From contig NC_068992.1 in the NCBI RefSeq assembly GCF_001194135.2, positions 27,015,677 to 27,075,874 of the forward strand: a DNA stretch of 60,198 nucleotides, written 5' to 3'. Of the stretch, positions 37,028 to 50,245 are shown piece after piece. The stretch comes from Octopus bimaculoides (lineage: Eukaryota). The notes beneath the pieces were generated by a model that searched no databases, had not been told where the DNA came from, and saw only the letters and a program-made list of their open reading frames with translations. The translations under genes and the position numbers were made by a program. The stretch's first letter is position 1. Each line of letters begins with the position of its first letter.

Positions 37028-38348
37028 TAGTACTAATAATAAAAATGAGTGTAGTGATGGTTGTAATTATGGTAATATAAACTAATAAAATTATAAACGC
37101 AGCATAGGCGATTCTTACATTGAGTATAGAATAAGAAGGATGAAAAAATGATTGCAATAATGTTTTTTTCTAATATCAAACCTAATACGCTTATACATGT
37201 CTGTAGAAATGTTTCTTTGCTATTCCCCGACAAAGTGTATGTAATTTTAGATTGAAAAGAAAGTGTCCACTCAATGGTCATTTCAAATGTAATAATGCAG
37301 TTTATAATTGTATTTTTATAACCCATAATGCTTCTAAATTCTACATTTGTTTCAGTTTTAATATCAAAAGACATTCTGAACTCTGCTTCTCCAGTTGAAC
37401 ATGTCTTTCACACAAAAGACAGAAACATTCTCTACGATTAGGAATTGAGATCTGAAAATGTTTATTAAGGTAGTTAAAAAAGCTACCGATTAACTACGTT
37501 CGAAGTTTCAGATGTGATTAACGCTGACCAATGGTTTTATTTCATTCCAGACAAGAACTTATTGCGAACTATTTTTATTTAAACTTATTTATTTTCTCTA
37601 AATACACTAAACATGAAGAGAAAAATGATATATATCTTCCCCTCTTTTATTAGCTAACTAGTAATTACTTAGAATTAAATATTTGTTTTAGATAGATAGA
37701 TAAATAGATAGATACATACATAGATAGGTAAGTAAGTAAGAAGGTAGGTTGAAAGATTGATTGAGAGAGAAAGAGACAGAGGGGAAAAGATCTAATTTAC
37801 TCAGTGACGATTGAATTTCAACTAGCAACTGTTTACGGCAAGTAGAGCCGGTAGTTTTCTTGATAATTTGGGATAGGCTTTACTCTAAATTTATTATATT
37901 TAAATTGATTTATATTAATTAATCATGTATTTAAATTTCATAATTATTGAATTAATTATGCTTATGCTTAATGAAACGGTTACTGAAAGTAATGAAATTA
38001 CGATCTATAGATGAAATTTATGCTTTTCTGCCTTTTATTCAAAATTTAGTATTGCATTCCTTGAAATTTTCATACCACATCAGTGCTTCGTATGTTTTGT
38101 TGCATTCAAAGATATTTTCACATATCATTCTAATTAATTAATAACCTTTCCAACTTAGATCGTTTTAAATATCATATCAGTTTTACATATAATTTTCTTT
38201 CTAATTATATTTCAATAATTAGTGCAGTGATTTGAAAAATACTTTACTGACCTGGGAAAACACATTTTTTTCATTTATGGCTGCTTTCATTTTTAAGTTC
38301 AGAGTTTCAGATTTTTCAGAGGTCAACATATTCTCTATTGCATAAGTT

Positions 38349-39778
38349 CACTGGACCGCAAAAGAAACGCGGACGTGTGTGACTGTGAAATATGCTTTAA
38401 TTTTATATCAGAGATAATTTTGATAAATCTGATAAAGTCAATTTCTTGCATGCACCTTGACCACAGTCTATGGGTCGTTGTCATGTGTTCTACTAGTGGG
38501 CGGATCTACATCGAGATTGTAAGGGTTGACGTGTTCAGTACCATGTATGCCCTCCCTGGGTGTTCAAAACGGCCATCGGTACATGAAGTGTATTAAGCGG
38601 TTCACAAAACCCATTGGCATTTGTGCTCACACCCTGAGGAAAGCTGCCTCCAGTTTCACAAGGGATGTCGGCCTTGGGATGACCTGATTCAGCCGTCTCT
38701 AGATTTTATTTCACAGGTATTCAATTGGATTCACTGAGAGCCGGTCACGGCATGGTTCTGATGTTGCGCTGACGCAGGAAGTCCATGGTGGCCATGGCCG
38801 TGTGGGAGGGAGCATTGTCCTGCTGGAACATCTGGCTATGGTGACGCGCGAAGAAGATCAGGATATGATGTCTTAGGATCTGGTCAACGTTGTACTGCAC
38901 TGTAATGCCATTCCCTCTGCCTGCACCAATTTCGAATACATAGGGCCAATTCTCTTATTCAGGCCTAAAGCACCCCAAACCATGATGTTTTGGACACCCC
39001 ACGCGTCTTTCTTCATGACACATGCGTCTCTGTAGCGTTCAACCCTCCAACGCCACCCCCTCACTCTGCCATTCGAGGTGGAAACGCAGTATCGGCTCTC
39101 GTCAGAGAATACTATCGACCGCTGTTGTTGATACCGCCAATGTCGGTGCTGTGTAGCCAACTATAGTCGTGCCTGATGGTGGTGGGCGGTGAGGACAGGC
39201 TCTCGAGCAGGACGACGGCAACGCAGGTTACTGGCGGTCAGTTGACGTCGTAACGTGTTGTAGCTGATGGATCACTGTCCAGTGCAAATGGTTACGCTGC
39301 CCTGCCTGAAGCAACCACGGAGGTGTTGCAGGTGAATGAAGCGGTCCTGGCTGAGCGTTGTCACCCGGGAGCGCCCTCTGCAGGCACGGTTTGCAGTGCT
39401 GTTGGCGTTGTTATATAGCTGTTGCAGGCGGTAGATGGTGCTGACATGGACATTGTAATCTTTAGCAACAACCAGGGCACGATGTCCTGCTTGCAATCGG
39501 TCGATAGCTTGTTCTCTCCGCACTTCTGGCACCCCGGTTTTACCTGATGCGTCCAATTTCCGAATGCCGGGAATGTGACTCAAGTTGATTTTTATGCCTA
39601 TAACCTCCTCGAGATGCACGTGCATTTCGGGGAAAGTTGAAAGGTTACCTGCAATTTGGGTCTCAACCATAAACCAGCATGTCTTGGAATATTTACACTT
39701 ACATCTTCGAAATAAATTTCCAGAATTTACCATATAAAACTGACATTTGAAAAATCTCGTTTCTTTTGCCGTTACTCA
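38349..39778 (-). mobile_element. Tc1-like (DD34E) transposon, near full length, degenerate
   Basis: TIR core GCAAAAGAAACG (38358-38369) pairs with CGTTTCTTTTGC (39758-39769); GC-rich transposase between. Confidence 0.88.
38535..39533 (-). pseudogene. Tc1 transposase pseudogene
   Basis: REQAIDRLQAG...VHVSTIYRLQQ...RGRSRVTTLSQDRFI (HTH), IVFSDESRY (D1), MFQQDNAPSHTA (D2), NPIEYL (E), GGHTWY* C-terminus. Confidence 0.92.
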
Positions 39779-41800
39779 CTTTTTTACTTTTCTGTCATCA
39801 ATTTCTTATTTTTAATGATATAATCGTATTTCTTTTTTACAAAACCTGCGGTACAATTACATTAGGGTTAAGATTTGGAATCTTGAACACAAATTTAGCG
39901 ACAGTCAACTCCCGCAACACTTAATCCAAAAGAGAGGCATCAAACAATACAGGGATCCAGTTGTTAGGAGGAATGGAAAAGTTGGCCTTTAGTAAACTTT
40001 CCATTCATGTGAGAGTAAGGAACAACGAATCAGAAGGGAGAAAATATTGTTACTATAGCTGTAGGTAAGTACTGAGCTGTCCGATAAATCTGTTCGACTT
40101 TATCCCCATTTATTGTAACCCTTTTTAATATTATTTGCATTAACACGAAAATATTCTTATCATAGTGTCTTATGAGATGATTTGTAGTTCTATTCTTCTT
40201 TTGCAATAGCAGAGTTAAGTTGAAGAGGTCGAAATATGATTATTCTGATTTTTAAGTCGTTGTTCTAACACAAATGAATTAACTAAGTAAGAAGCGGCGT
40301 GTTTATTTACATGTATGAAAATAAAATACAATGGCAACCTAGAAACAGCCAGCGCCTTAAACTTAACCTGTCATTGTAATATGGTGGATTTTTCTGACAA
40401 ATTCACATCTGAGAACAAAGCGCTATAACAATTATAACTCTAATTTAAAATTACTCAGAAAACCGGTTTAAGGAGAGTCATTTGAATTGTGAAAGATACT
40501 TATCTTGTGACACTCCGATTTTCAATCAAACTACTTTCTTTTGTTTCAAAAGCTTATAATTTACCAAAAATACTCATTCATGTGCGGACTATGCATTAGG
40601 AGTTTTGATCTGAGGTTTGTAGATTTGGAGTGAAATTCAGATTTTCTAATTTAGACATAACTGACATCATGATATTGATGATTCACTGTCTATAAGAAAT
40701 AATATTGAATTCATTTGGCTTGTCTTCTATAAAACATACTCGGACAGAGCACTAGCTGATTTTCTATCTGGGTTCATAAAAGGCTGTTTGCATTCATAAG
40801 ACCAGTTCTTTATATGAATGCAGTAACTCCACATATGACATTTTTGTTTTCAGTTCCTTATCAATTTTACTTATGCACGATATTTCACTAAGGAATTACC
40901 ATCAAGTGAATAACGTTAGCGATTGTTATAATTAGTTTGTTTGTTTGTTTGTTTGTTTGTTTTTGTTTTGTCTTTTTTTTGTGAACAGGATTTCTAGCTA
41001 TCTGTGCACTTTAGTAAATTATCATGATAATCTCTGATATGACACCCCAAATCCTTACAAGTAGAATAATTTACCTTATTACAATTCCTATTGAATAATT
41101 TACTGTATAAGTGATATGAGAAATAAGATACCACGTTAAAGAATCTATTCACTACATTTGTTTTGTGTTTCAATGCTTTGGATATTTTAATCTCTTATAT
41201 ATATATTCTCAAATACTTTACTGTCCCTGCGCTCCTTGTTGTAACGATTAGATGTTTTCATCAAAATAGTCTCATTCGAAAATAGCAGTAATTTACTGTT
41301 GCCTTCCATTTGAAATTAAACTTGCTAAAATGTTTGCTGGGTAATATGAATCCTTATATCAATTTTCTTTCTTCGTTTTGTCTATGGCAGAGCACCTACG
41401 CCATAGTACGTTTAACATCCACATCAACAAAAACTTTGTAATACTCTTTCAAAACCTGTCCAATTCCCGTCTTCAGTTTTTCGATTAAGTCCACCAGTTA
41501 ATATACATCGCATTTTACTCCTGAAAATTTATTTTACAAAAGATCGAGAATATAAATTGCTAAGATTTTCCACATCTCATCACCCTCTTATACATACACC
41601 GAGACATCAAATAATTCACACCAAGTTTTTTTTTGTTATTTTTTTTGTGTTACTTGTAATTTTATTTGCAAACTTCAACGACTTTAGTAACAAAGCTTTT
41701 ATTATTGAAAGGTAAAAATCGGAAATGACAAACTGAGTGACTTCACCATTCCATTTACTATTGAATCGACGAAACCATTCAAATTTTTCATCACTCACGC

Positions 41801-42132
41801 CAGAGATTCTCCAACTTTTGGGGCCACCGCCCCCCCTCATGGCCACATAATAGCCCCACACCTCCACCCCTATTTTTATGTATGAATAAATATTTTATAT
41901 TTTACTAATTTATATATACTATGAATCATTTGATATTTAATATATTATATAATTTGTATACAATACTTATAATATAATAAATTCATAGTGTCCCCCGATC
42001 CACTGCCTTCCTCTCCTCCTAACGCCTCTTTTTTCTCTACCACTACCACCCCCGCTCCCTTAGGCACCAGCAACCACCTGGACCGTCTCAACGCCCACCG
42101 GAGGGCAGTAGCGCCCACTTTGAGAACCTATG
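41801..42132. mobile_element. Non-autonomous hAT-type MITE
   Basis: Termini CAGAGATTCTCCAAC and CCCACTTTGAGAACCTATG; 8-bp TSD ACTCACGC/ACTTACAC (6/8 match). Confidence 0.7.
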
Positions 42133-42462
42133 ACTTACACCGTAACGGTTAGGATAAATCTGCACTGACGCTAATCCTAAGATGTTACACTAAAATTATC
42201 CCCTGTAACATTTACTTGTTAACTGTTCCTGACACCGGTTTAGTGGGGTTAATCTACATCGTGGTTTAATATGTACTCTTACAATTTATTTAAGTGCTAG
42301 GCTAGGCCTTCTACCCTCACATCTATCAGAAGCTTAGTGATTATTTCTTTGGCTTCTAGATTAGCGGCGTTATGAGTGTTATCTTTAAACTGTTCATATC
42401 CGATAGATTTACATCATTATTAGATAGAAACCTACTATAATCGCTAATATATTTGTGTGTAT

Positions 42463-42500
<38 letters not shown>

Positions 42501-42619
42501 ATGTCACTCTCTTCATATACACACTCACATACTTACAGGCATACACACACAAACACAGACAAACACACACACACACATATATACGTATATGTATATGCAG
42601 ATGCATAGATATACGCATT

Positions 42620-42651
<32 letters not shown>

Positions 42652-43911
42652 TTAATAGTTATCGCCAAGCCAACATGGCAGTCCCAAAATTAGGACGAAA
42701 GCTGCCGTGAATTAGCTCCAAGAAGCCATCGCCTCTAGCTAGCTATGTGACACACGAAACCTGTGTCCTTTATAACCTTCGAACAGGGGAGGTCAGCAGT
42801 GTCCCCCTGCTGGTTTGGCATCTGCAGACTAGACTAGTTTNNNNNNNNNNNNNNNNNNNNNNNNNNNNNNNNNNNNNNNNNNNNNNNNNNNNNNNNNNNN
42901 NNNNNNNNNNNNNNNNNNNNNNNNNNNNNNNNNNNNNNNNNNNNNNNNNNNNNNNNNNNNNNNNNNNNNNNNNNNNNNNNNNNNNNNNNNNNNNNNNNNN
43001 NNNNNNNNNNNNNNNNNNNNNNNNNNNNNNNNNNNNNNNNNNNNNNNNNNNNNNNNNNNNNNNNNNNNNNNNNNNNNNNNNNNNNNNNNNNNNNNNNNNN
43101 NNNNNNNNNNNNNNNNNNNNNNNNNNNNNNNNNNNNNNNNNNNNNNNNNNNNNNNNNNNNNNNNNNNNNNNNNNNNNNNNNNNNNNNNNNNNNNNNNNNN
43201 NNNNNNNNNNNNNNNNNNNNNNNNNNNNNNNNNNNNNNNNNNNNNNNNNNNNNNNNNNNNNNNNNNNNNNNNNNNNNNNNNNNNNNNNNNNNNNNNNNNN
43301 NNNNNNNNNNNNNNNNNNNNNNNNNNNNNNNNNNNNNNNNNNNNNNNNNNNNNNNNNNNNNNNNNNNNNNNNNNNNNNNNNNNNNNNNNNNNNNNNNNNN
43401 NNNNNNNNNNATATATATATATATATATATACACATGTATATACACATATATAAACGCTTATTCATATACATGTCTTTGTATATTTGATATAACATGAAT
43501 GCCTAAGAATATACCAGATAAATAATCTGCAAGATATATACAAAACACCCCTGTGACATCAATCTCTAGCTTTCACGAAATTTTGAAATATCTAAAAGTA
43601 GTCGTGTTTGAGGTAAGAAATTAATATCGTCTGTATAGTTTTAGGTAAGAAATTAATATCGTCTGTATAGTTACTTTCCCAAATATTTTCCGTTGCACTT
43701 CTGTGCAATCGTTCTCGTTTCAAACGCTCGCAGTCTTCCATAATTTTTAATATATTTTATCAGTATTACATTCAGATATTTGTTACGTTTGTAGTGTGTA
43801 ATATACTTAGTTTTGTTTAATCCAAGCGTTTATTGATTTCGACTAGAAGAAAAGAGTGTGTCTATAGTCTTTTAAAGCTCAGGTTAATAAGTTTGATTTT
43901 TTTTTTCAAGC

Positions 43912-44240
43912 CGGCACTCCGTCGGTTACGACAAGTGTTCAAGTTGATGTGATCCGATCAGCGGAAACAGCCTGCTCGTGAAACGAGCTCTCAAGTGACT
44001 GAGCACCCATCAGACAGACACACGTACCTTTCACGTAATTCTAAGGGAGATTTAACGTGATACGGAATGTGACAAGGGTGGCACTTTGAATTACACGTGC
44101 AACTCATTTTGATAGCTGAGTGGCCTGGACCAACGTAGGGTAAAGTATCTCGCTCAAGGACACAGTACACAGCCGGGAATCGAACTCACGACCCTACAAT
44201 CTTTAGTCGAATACCCTAGCCACTAAGCCATGCACCTTCA
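43912..44240 (-). mobile_element. Family C SINE carrying the same 3' tail as family D
   Basis: Head GAAGGTGCATGGCTTAGTGG, B-box GAGTTCGATTCCC, TTGAGCGAGATACTTTA core; tail GTCGTAACCGACGGAGTGCC. Confidence 0.82.
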
Positions 44241-44833
44241 CCAGTTTGATATAATGTTCTTTTGAATAGCTACTGTACCCAATTCCGATGTAGACATGCA
44301 CTAACTCCAAGAGATATTAAAGAAGAAACAATGTGGTGAAGGCTATTTAATATTCTTCAACAACAACAAGACATTGTCAGTAGACATATAAACAGAAAAC
44401 CTTGCATTGTAGTCACGAATCAATAAAACAACCTGAACGCTTTCTAAATACTGTCGTTATGGCGTGCTGTGAGGCGGATATCTGAAAACTGCTTTCCTGA
44501 GCGAAGATATAGTTATAGCTATATTATCTAATGAGCCCTTTTTGTAAAACGCAGGTTTTACAAAAGGATGAGATTGCCATGGCGTTTATAGGATTTATAG
44601 TAAGATGAGGATGAGAAGCGACCATGACTACTTGCAGGGTCAGTGTGATGAAAGAGAAGGCGGGAAGAAATTACGTTCAAAACTGAGCTGTGGCTCAAAT
44701 ACTTAAAGTAAGGTGAACCTCTTAAATATATGGAAATCATATTGCTGCAAATGACTTTCATCGAAGTTTGTTTAATCCAAGCCAACAAGGGTATAAAAAA
44801 TCAACAACGATAGCAGCAAAAATCCATCCTAAT

Positions 44834-45043
44834 CATAATCCTTTCTACTATACACACAAGGCCTGAAGTTGTAATTTTTGGTGTGGGGAGCATAGTCGAC
44901 TACATTAAACCCAGTACTTCACCGCTACTTATTTCATTGATCCCGAAAGATGAAAGGCAAAGTCATCCTCAGCTGAATTTGAAGTCAGAATGTAAAGGAT
45001 TTTGTCCGGCGTGTTAACGATTCTGCCAGCTCGCAACCTAACT
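44834..45043 (-). mobile_element. Family B SINE
   Basis: Typical head and tail; CATCCTAAT repeated on both flanks (probable TSD). Confidence 0.8.
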
Positions 45044-45652
45044 CATCCTAATTGTAAAAAAACAATAAATCTTGTTTTCGAAAGAACGGCGATGTTTTAT
45101 ATTATATATGTGTTATATCGCAATGTTACAGAGTAGCCGTGCGGGCTACGAAATCCTCGTCGCCACTGTTACATCGCAATACTACACCACTGTTATATCG
45201 CATGTTCGGATGACCTCTACTCAACTACGTATTGGGCTAGCCTACTTCATCGTCTGGGGGCGTCGAAACAACAATATGTTAATTTAGCAGTCACTTATAT
45301 GTAAGTATGACTTAGTATCTTGTACTATGCTTCCAGTCATAGATTCCAGTGCCTGTGTAGTTCTGAGCATAGGTACACTCTCTCGTCTCTCCTGTCTTTG
45401 CCAGTGTGAATCATGAAGACATAACAACTGGAAAGAGAGAAAGCTACAACAGCAATTTTTCCGACAGTTTTATGTCCCATTTTTACTACAATCATCATTG
45501 AACTTCTCAAAAACGACTGCAGCCGGTTGTATACAATAATATACTTGTATGCATTGGCTGTTGTCAAAAGTTGGACAGCCTAAATACTTTAAATTTTCGC
45601 TACAATTACAAGCTGATTCGCAATCATGTATAATGATGTATTATATATCAAT

Positions 45653-46055
45653 AGATGCAGGGATGCTTGTGTGGTTAAGAAGTCAGCTTTGTGATCACGT
45701 GGTTTCCGGCATAGTCCTTCTGCGGAGAACCTTGGACATTGTCTTCCACTATAGCCTCGGGTTGACCAATGTTTTGTGAATAAATTTAGCAGGCAGAAAC
45801 TATGTGGAAGCTTGTTGTGAGTGTGTGTATGTGTGTGTGTGTGCGTGCAGGGGGTGTTTCTGTGTGTGCCTCTGTGTGTCTTTTGTGACAACCGGTGTTA
45901 AGTTTGTTTACATCACCGTAACTTATCTGTTCAGCGTAAAATCAAGGGAGCCAGTACCTGACTCCGATATCCATATACCGGGGTTGAGTTCTAGCAAAAC
46001 ACATCAAGGCGTCTTCCTTTCATGGCCGCAGTCCAGTGACTGAAACAGGTACAAG
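45653..46055 (+). mobile_element. Diverged family A CORE-type SINE
   Basis: CCTTGGACATTGTCTTCCACTATAGCCTCGGG core, internal TG tract, GTGACTGAAACAGGTA end. Confidence 0.75.
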
Positions 46056-46634
46056 ACATATGTTAACTCAGGGATGGGATTTGACTCTGCGTCGTCTATC
46101 GTATACCAAGGTATACTTTAACAGATTATACAATTGTACAACATCCAGTCGATGACCCCCGTCTTCCCGTAAATCAGATGTAGTAAATTTTTAGATCCTT
46201 TTCAACTGAACTTTTCAAAGAACGATATAAAAATCTTCACAGATTATTCATGTGACACTTCACATTATTAGTAGATCATAACATTCCCAATAACGCTCAA
46301 CATTGCAAGATGTCATAAAATCTTTGTGTCGATGAGATTTAACAACAAATTATAAATTGAATTTATTGTTAAGACAAATACTATCCACCACTAACAGACA
46401 CATGCCCACAAATCATATTGACCCAAGAAGTTTACTCTGACACTTATTTTATTCAAATGCAAGTAAAGGCGAGTTTCAAAGAGAAGAAGTACAATATATC
46501 TGGCGGTGAGAATTCAACCACGTATTTATTGCTAGTTTTACTATAAAGAAGAGACTGCAAGCTCACTATTGTCACGATCGGGAACAAATAGAATAGTATT
46601 TATGTAACGAACAGTTTCAGTAGGACTCATTTCA

Positions 46635-46751
46635 GATACACACACACACACACACACACACACGTGCACACACACATGCACACATACACATATATATGAG
46701 TGTATGTGTATGAGTGTTTGTGTATGAGTGTTTGTGTATATNNNNNNNNNN

Positions 46752-46805
<54 letters not shown>

Positions 46806-46904
46806 GATGCATATATACACGCACATGCATCCATAATTACATATATGTATACATATACGCGCACACACACATATATAAACATATATATGTATAAAGATAT
46901 ATAC

Positions 46905-46936
<32 letters not shown>

Positions 46937-47101
46937 TGTATGTATGTATGCATATGCATACGCATGAGTTGCTGTACGTCGTTGTTTTTGAGTGAACATG
47001 TGCAAGTTGCGATTCAGGTAATATAAAACACAGTATATTAATCAAAAGTATCTCTTATACAATATGTATATATATATAAATATATATATATACATATACA
47101 A

Positions 47102-47154
<53 letters not shown>

Positions 47155-47227
47155 AAGATAGAGAGACTGAGGCAGAGAGACAGAGAGTGTTATAGATATA
47201 TATTTATTTACATACACATATATACGT

Positions 47228-47262
<35 letters not shown>

Positions 47263-47285
47263 CATATATGTATATGTATATAAAT
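46635..47285. repeat. Long compound microsatellite (CA/TA/TATG/GA) with 10-N gap
   Basis: Directly visible. Confidence 0.95.
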
Positions 47286-47289
47286 GTAT

Positions 47290-47500
47290 AGGGAAAATTC
47301 ACGAGAAATCAACAGACGAAGACAGGTGGTGTAGATAACAAATAGGTGTATTAGTATAACGCTCGGGAATTGAAAAAGTCGTTAACGTTTCGAGCCTACG
47401 CTCTTCCACAGAAAAGGAACGCAGAAAGAAGCAAGGAGAGAAACAAGGAGAGAGAAAAAAATGTGTGTAGTGGTTAGCGATCTATCATGGCGAATGTATA
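47290..47500 (-). mobile_element. Unclassified repeat containing a Penelope-type hammerhead-like motif
   Basis: Minus strand CTGTGGA-A-GAGC-GTAG-GCTC-GAAACGTT at 47411-47384; element boundaries uncertain. Confidence 0.45.
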
Positions 47501-47520
47501 TAAATGCATATGTATATATG

Positions 47521-47569
<49 letters not shown>

Positions 47570-47572
<3 letters not shown>

Positions 47573-47975
47573 CGCAGGTGCGGCTTCGTTGTAGGTAGCT
47601 TATTTCGTGGTTACATGGTCTCAGGTTCAGGCCCACGGCGTGGAACATTGGCAATTGTCTTCTACTGTAGCCCCCAGGCTAACTAAAGTCTTGTGAGTGG
47701 ATTTGATAGATCGAAACATATATATACGACAAAGCTGGTCGTATCTATATGTAGGTGTATATATACATATGATTGCGTGTGTGTATCTTCCTGTTTGTGT
47801 TTGTGTTGGTCTGTTTACGTCTCCGTAAATAAAACAGTTCATAAAAGAGACCATTAGATTATAGATTAAGTACCAGACTTTAAAAAATACGTACTGAAGT
47901 AGAATTCTTTTCGATTTGAACCCTCCAAGTGGCCTGGCATGGTTGCAGTCCGATGACTGTGACGAGTGAATGATA
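47570..47975 (+). mobile_element. Diverged family A CORE-type SINE
   Basis: Head, core (TTGGCAATTGTCTTCTACTGTAGCC) and tail recognisable. Confidence 0.75.
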
Positions 47976-48149
47976 ACTATACCTATATATTTATACGTAT
48001 TTATAGATGTACCTATATTCATGCATACCTATATATGCATATGTATGAATGTATAAATATTTGTTAACATATATACAGTTATTGATTTGTTTCTATTGTC
48101 TTTTTTGCGGTTAGTCAATATATTTAATTTTCGAAACCAGTAAACTACC

Positions 48150-48328
48150 CAAAATTCTTAACATTTCAGCCGTCTTTGCGTTCTGAGTTCGAATTTCGTT
48201 GAGGTCGACCTTGCTTTTTATCTTTCCAGGGTCGAGAAATAAGTACCGGTTGAGTACTGGGGTTGATGTAATTGCCTTACACCCCCACCTAAAATCGCCA
48301 GCTTTGCGGCAAAACTTGGAAACAATAT
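48150..48328 (+). mobile_element. Family B SINE, head partly lost
   Basis: GTTCTGAGTTCGAATTTC...GAGGTCGACCTTGC...AAGTACCGGTTGAGTACTGGGG. Confidence 0.75.
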
Positions 48329-48334
48329 TCTTGT

Positions 48335-48527
48335 ATTCTTTTACTTGTTTCAGTGATTTGACTGCGCCCATGCTGGAGCACCACCTTGCTCGAACAATCG
48401 ACCCTAGGACTTATTTTTAAGCCTAGTACTTATTCCATCATACTCTTTGGCCGTACCACTATGCTACGGCGACGTAAACACACCAACACTGGTGATGGGG
48501 GAACAAGCAAAGAGACACAGATATATG

Positions 48528-48584
<57 letters not shown>

Positions 48585-49240
48585 NNNNNNNNNNNNNNNN
48601 NNNNNNNNNNNNNNNNNNNNNNNNNNNNNNNNNNNNNNNNNNNNNNNNNNNNNNNNNNNNNNNNNNNNNNNNNNNNNNNNNNNNNNNNNNNNNNNNNNNN
48701 NNNNNNNNNNNNNNNNNNNNNNNNNNNNNNNNNNNNNNNNNNNNNNNNNNNNNNNNNNNNNNNNNNNNNNNNNNNNNNNNNNNNNNNNNNNNNNNNNNNN
48801 NNNNNNNNNNNNNNNNNNNNNNNNNNNNNNNNNNNNNNNNNNNNNNNNNNNNNNNNNNNNNNNNNNNNNNNNNNNNNNNNNNNNNNNNNNNNNNNNNNNN
48901 NNNNNNNNNNNNNNNNNNNNNNNNNNNNNNNNNNNNNNNNNNNNNNNNNNNNNNNNNNNNNNNNNNNNNNNNNNNNNNNNNNNNNNNNNNNNNNNNNNNN
49001 NNNNNNNNNNNNNNNNNNNNNNNNNNNNNNNNNNNNNNNNNNNNNNNNNNNNNNNNNNNNNNNNNNNNNNATATATATATATATATATAAGACGGAGTTC
49101 TTTCTATTTCCGTTTACCAAATTCACTCAAAAGGCTTTGGTCGGTCTGAAGCTATAGTAGAAGACACTTGCCCAAGGTGCCACGCAGTGAGACTGAACAC
49201 GGAACCATGTGATTGGTAAGCAAGTTACCACACAGCCACG
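48335..49240 (-). mobile_element. Single family A SINE whose internal (TA)n spans N-gap 48585-49070
   Basis: 3' half at 48335-48530 and 5' half at 49090-49240 are in the same orientation and collinear. Confidence 0.8.
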
Positions 49241-49888
49241 AATTTTCGTACATAGGTTTATGCGTACGCATGTGTGTGTACTATGCATGTGTCTGTGTTT
49301 TTTTAAGCACATCATTTGACATTGAACAACTAAGAAGCTAACTATAGTGTTTAGCGACTAATGCGAAATCTGTCATGATCTACATTTTAATTCTTGGTCC
49401 TACAGAGTAAAATTACCTTAGTTAAACTGAGAAGGAAAACAACTATAGCTGCACACTTCTAATTCACTACCATGTAAGCCTTTGATTTGTTCATTTACTC
49501 ATTCAAACGATGAACTTTCTGTCACAGGAGACAAGACCTTTGGGGTATTCAGTGTCAGAATTTGAATATGTAGTTATCGATAATGGAGCACGCATGGACA
49601 GATTTACAGGACTTATATGATATATTAACTACAGTAGATATTTAACTTAATGATACGTAACATCGATATATTTAGAAGAGAGTAATAATTTATATTATCC
49701 TTTCAATAAGCTAAATTAATTATAGTGCTATAAAAATGATGCATCGAATGTGGATTTCATTTAGTGAAGATTGAATAAAGTCCTGCAGCGTGGTATAACG
49801 GGAAGCCAAATGTTTTGGGCTATGCCCCACGTCGAACAATGGACGGACGTTTACTGGATATATGTCTATCTTATCTATCTTCCTCTCA

Positions 49889-49944
<56 letters not shown>

Positions 49945-50184
49945 NNNNNNNNNNNNNNNNNNNNNNNNNNNNNNNNNNNNNNNNNNNNNNNNNNNNNNNN
50001 NNNNNNNNNNNNNNNNNNNNNNNNNNNNNNNNNNNNNNNNNNNNNNNNNNNNNNNNNNNNNNNNNNNNNNNNNNNNNNNNNNNNNNNNNNNNNNNNNNNN
50101 NNNNNNNNNNNNNNNNNNNNNNNNNNNNNNNNNNNNNNNNNNNNNNNNNNNNNNNNATATATATATACATATATATATACATGC

Positions 50185-50218
<34 letters not shown>

Positions 50219-50245
50219 ATGTGTGTGTGTGTGTGTGTGTGAATA

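Noticed and set aside
43611-43672. 32-bp tandem duplication creating TTTTAG|GTAAGA
   Set aside because: An ordinary local duplication; AG|GT alone is common in this AT-rich DNA. A similar trivial 18-bp duplication lies at 20180-20215.
45134-45150. GTAGCC/GGCTAC hairpin as a Helitron 3' end
   Set aside because: No CTRR terminus at the expected distance on either strand.
45405-45501. Strong plus acceptor at 45404 followed by VNHEDITTGKRESYNSNFSDSFMSHFYYNHH*
   Set aside because: No recognisable homology or donor; cannot be supported without transcripts.
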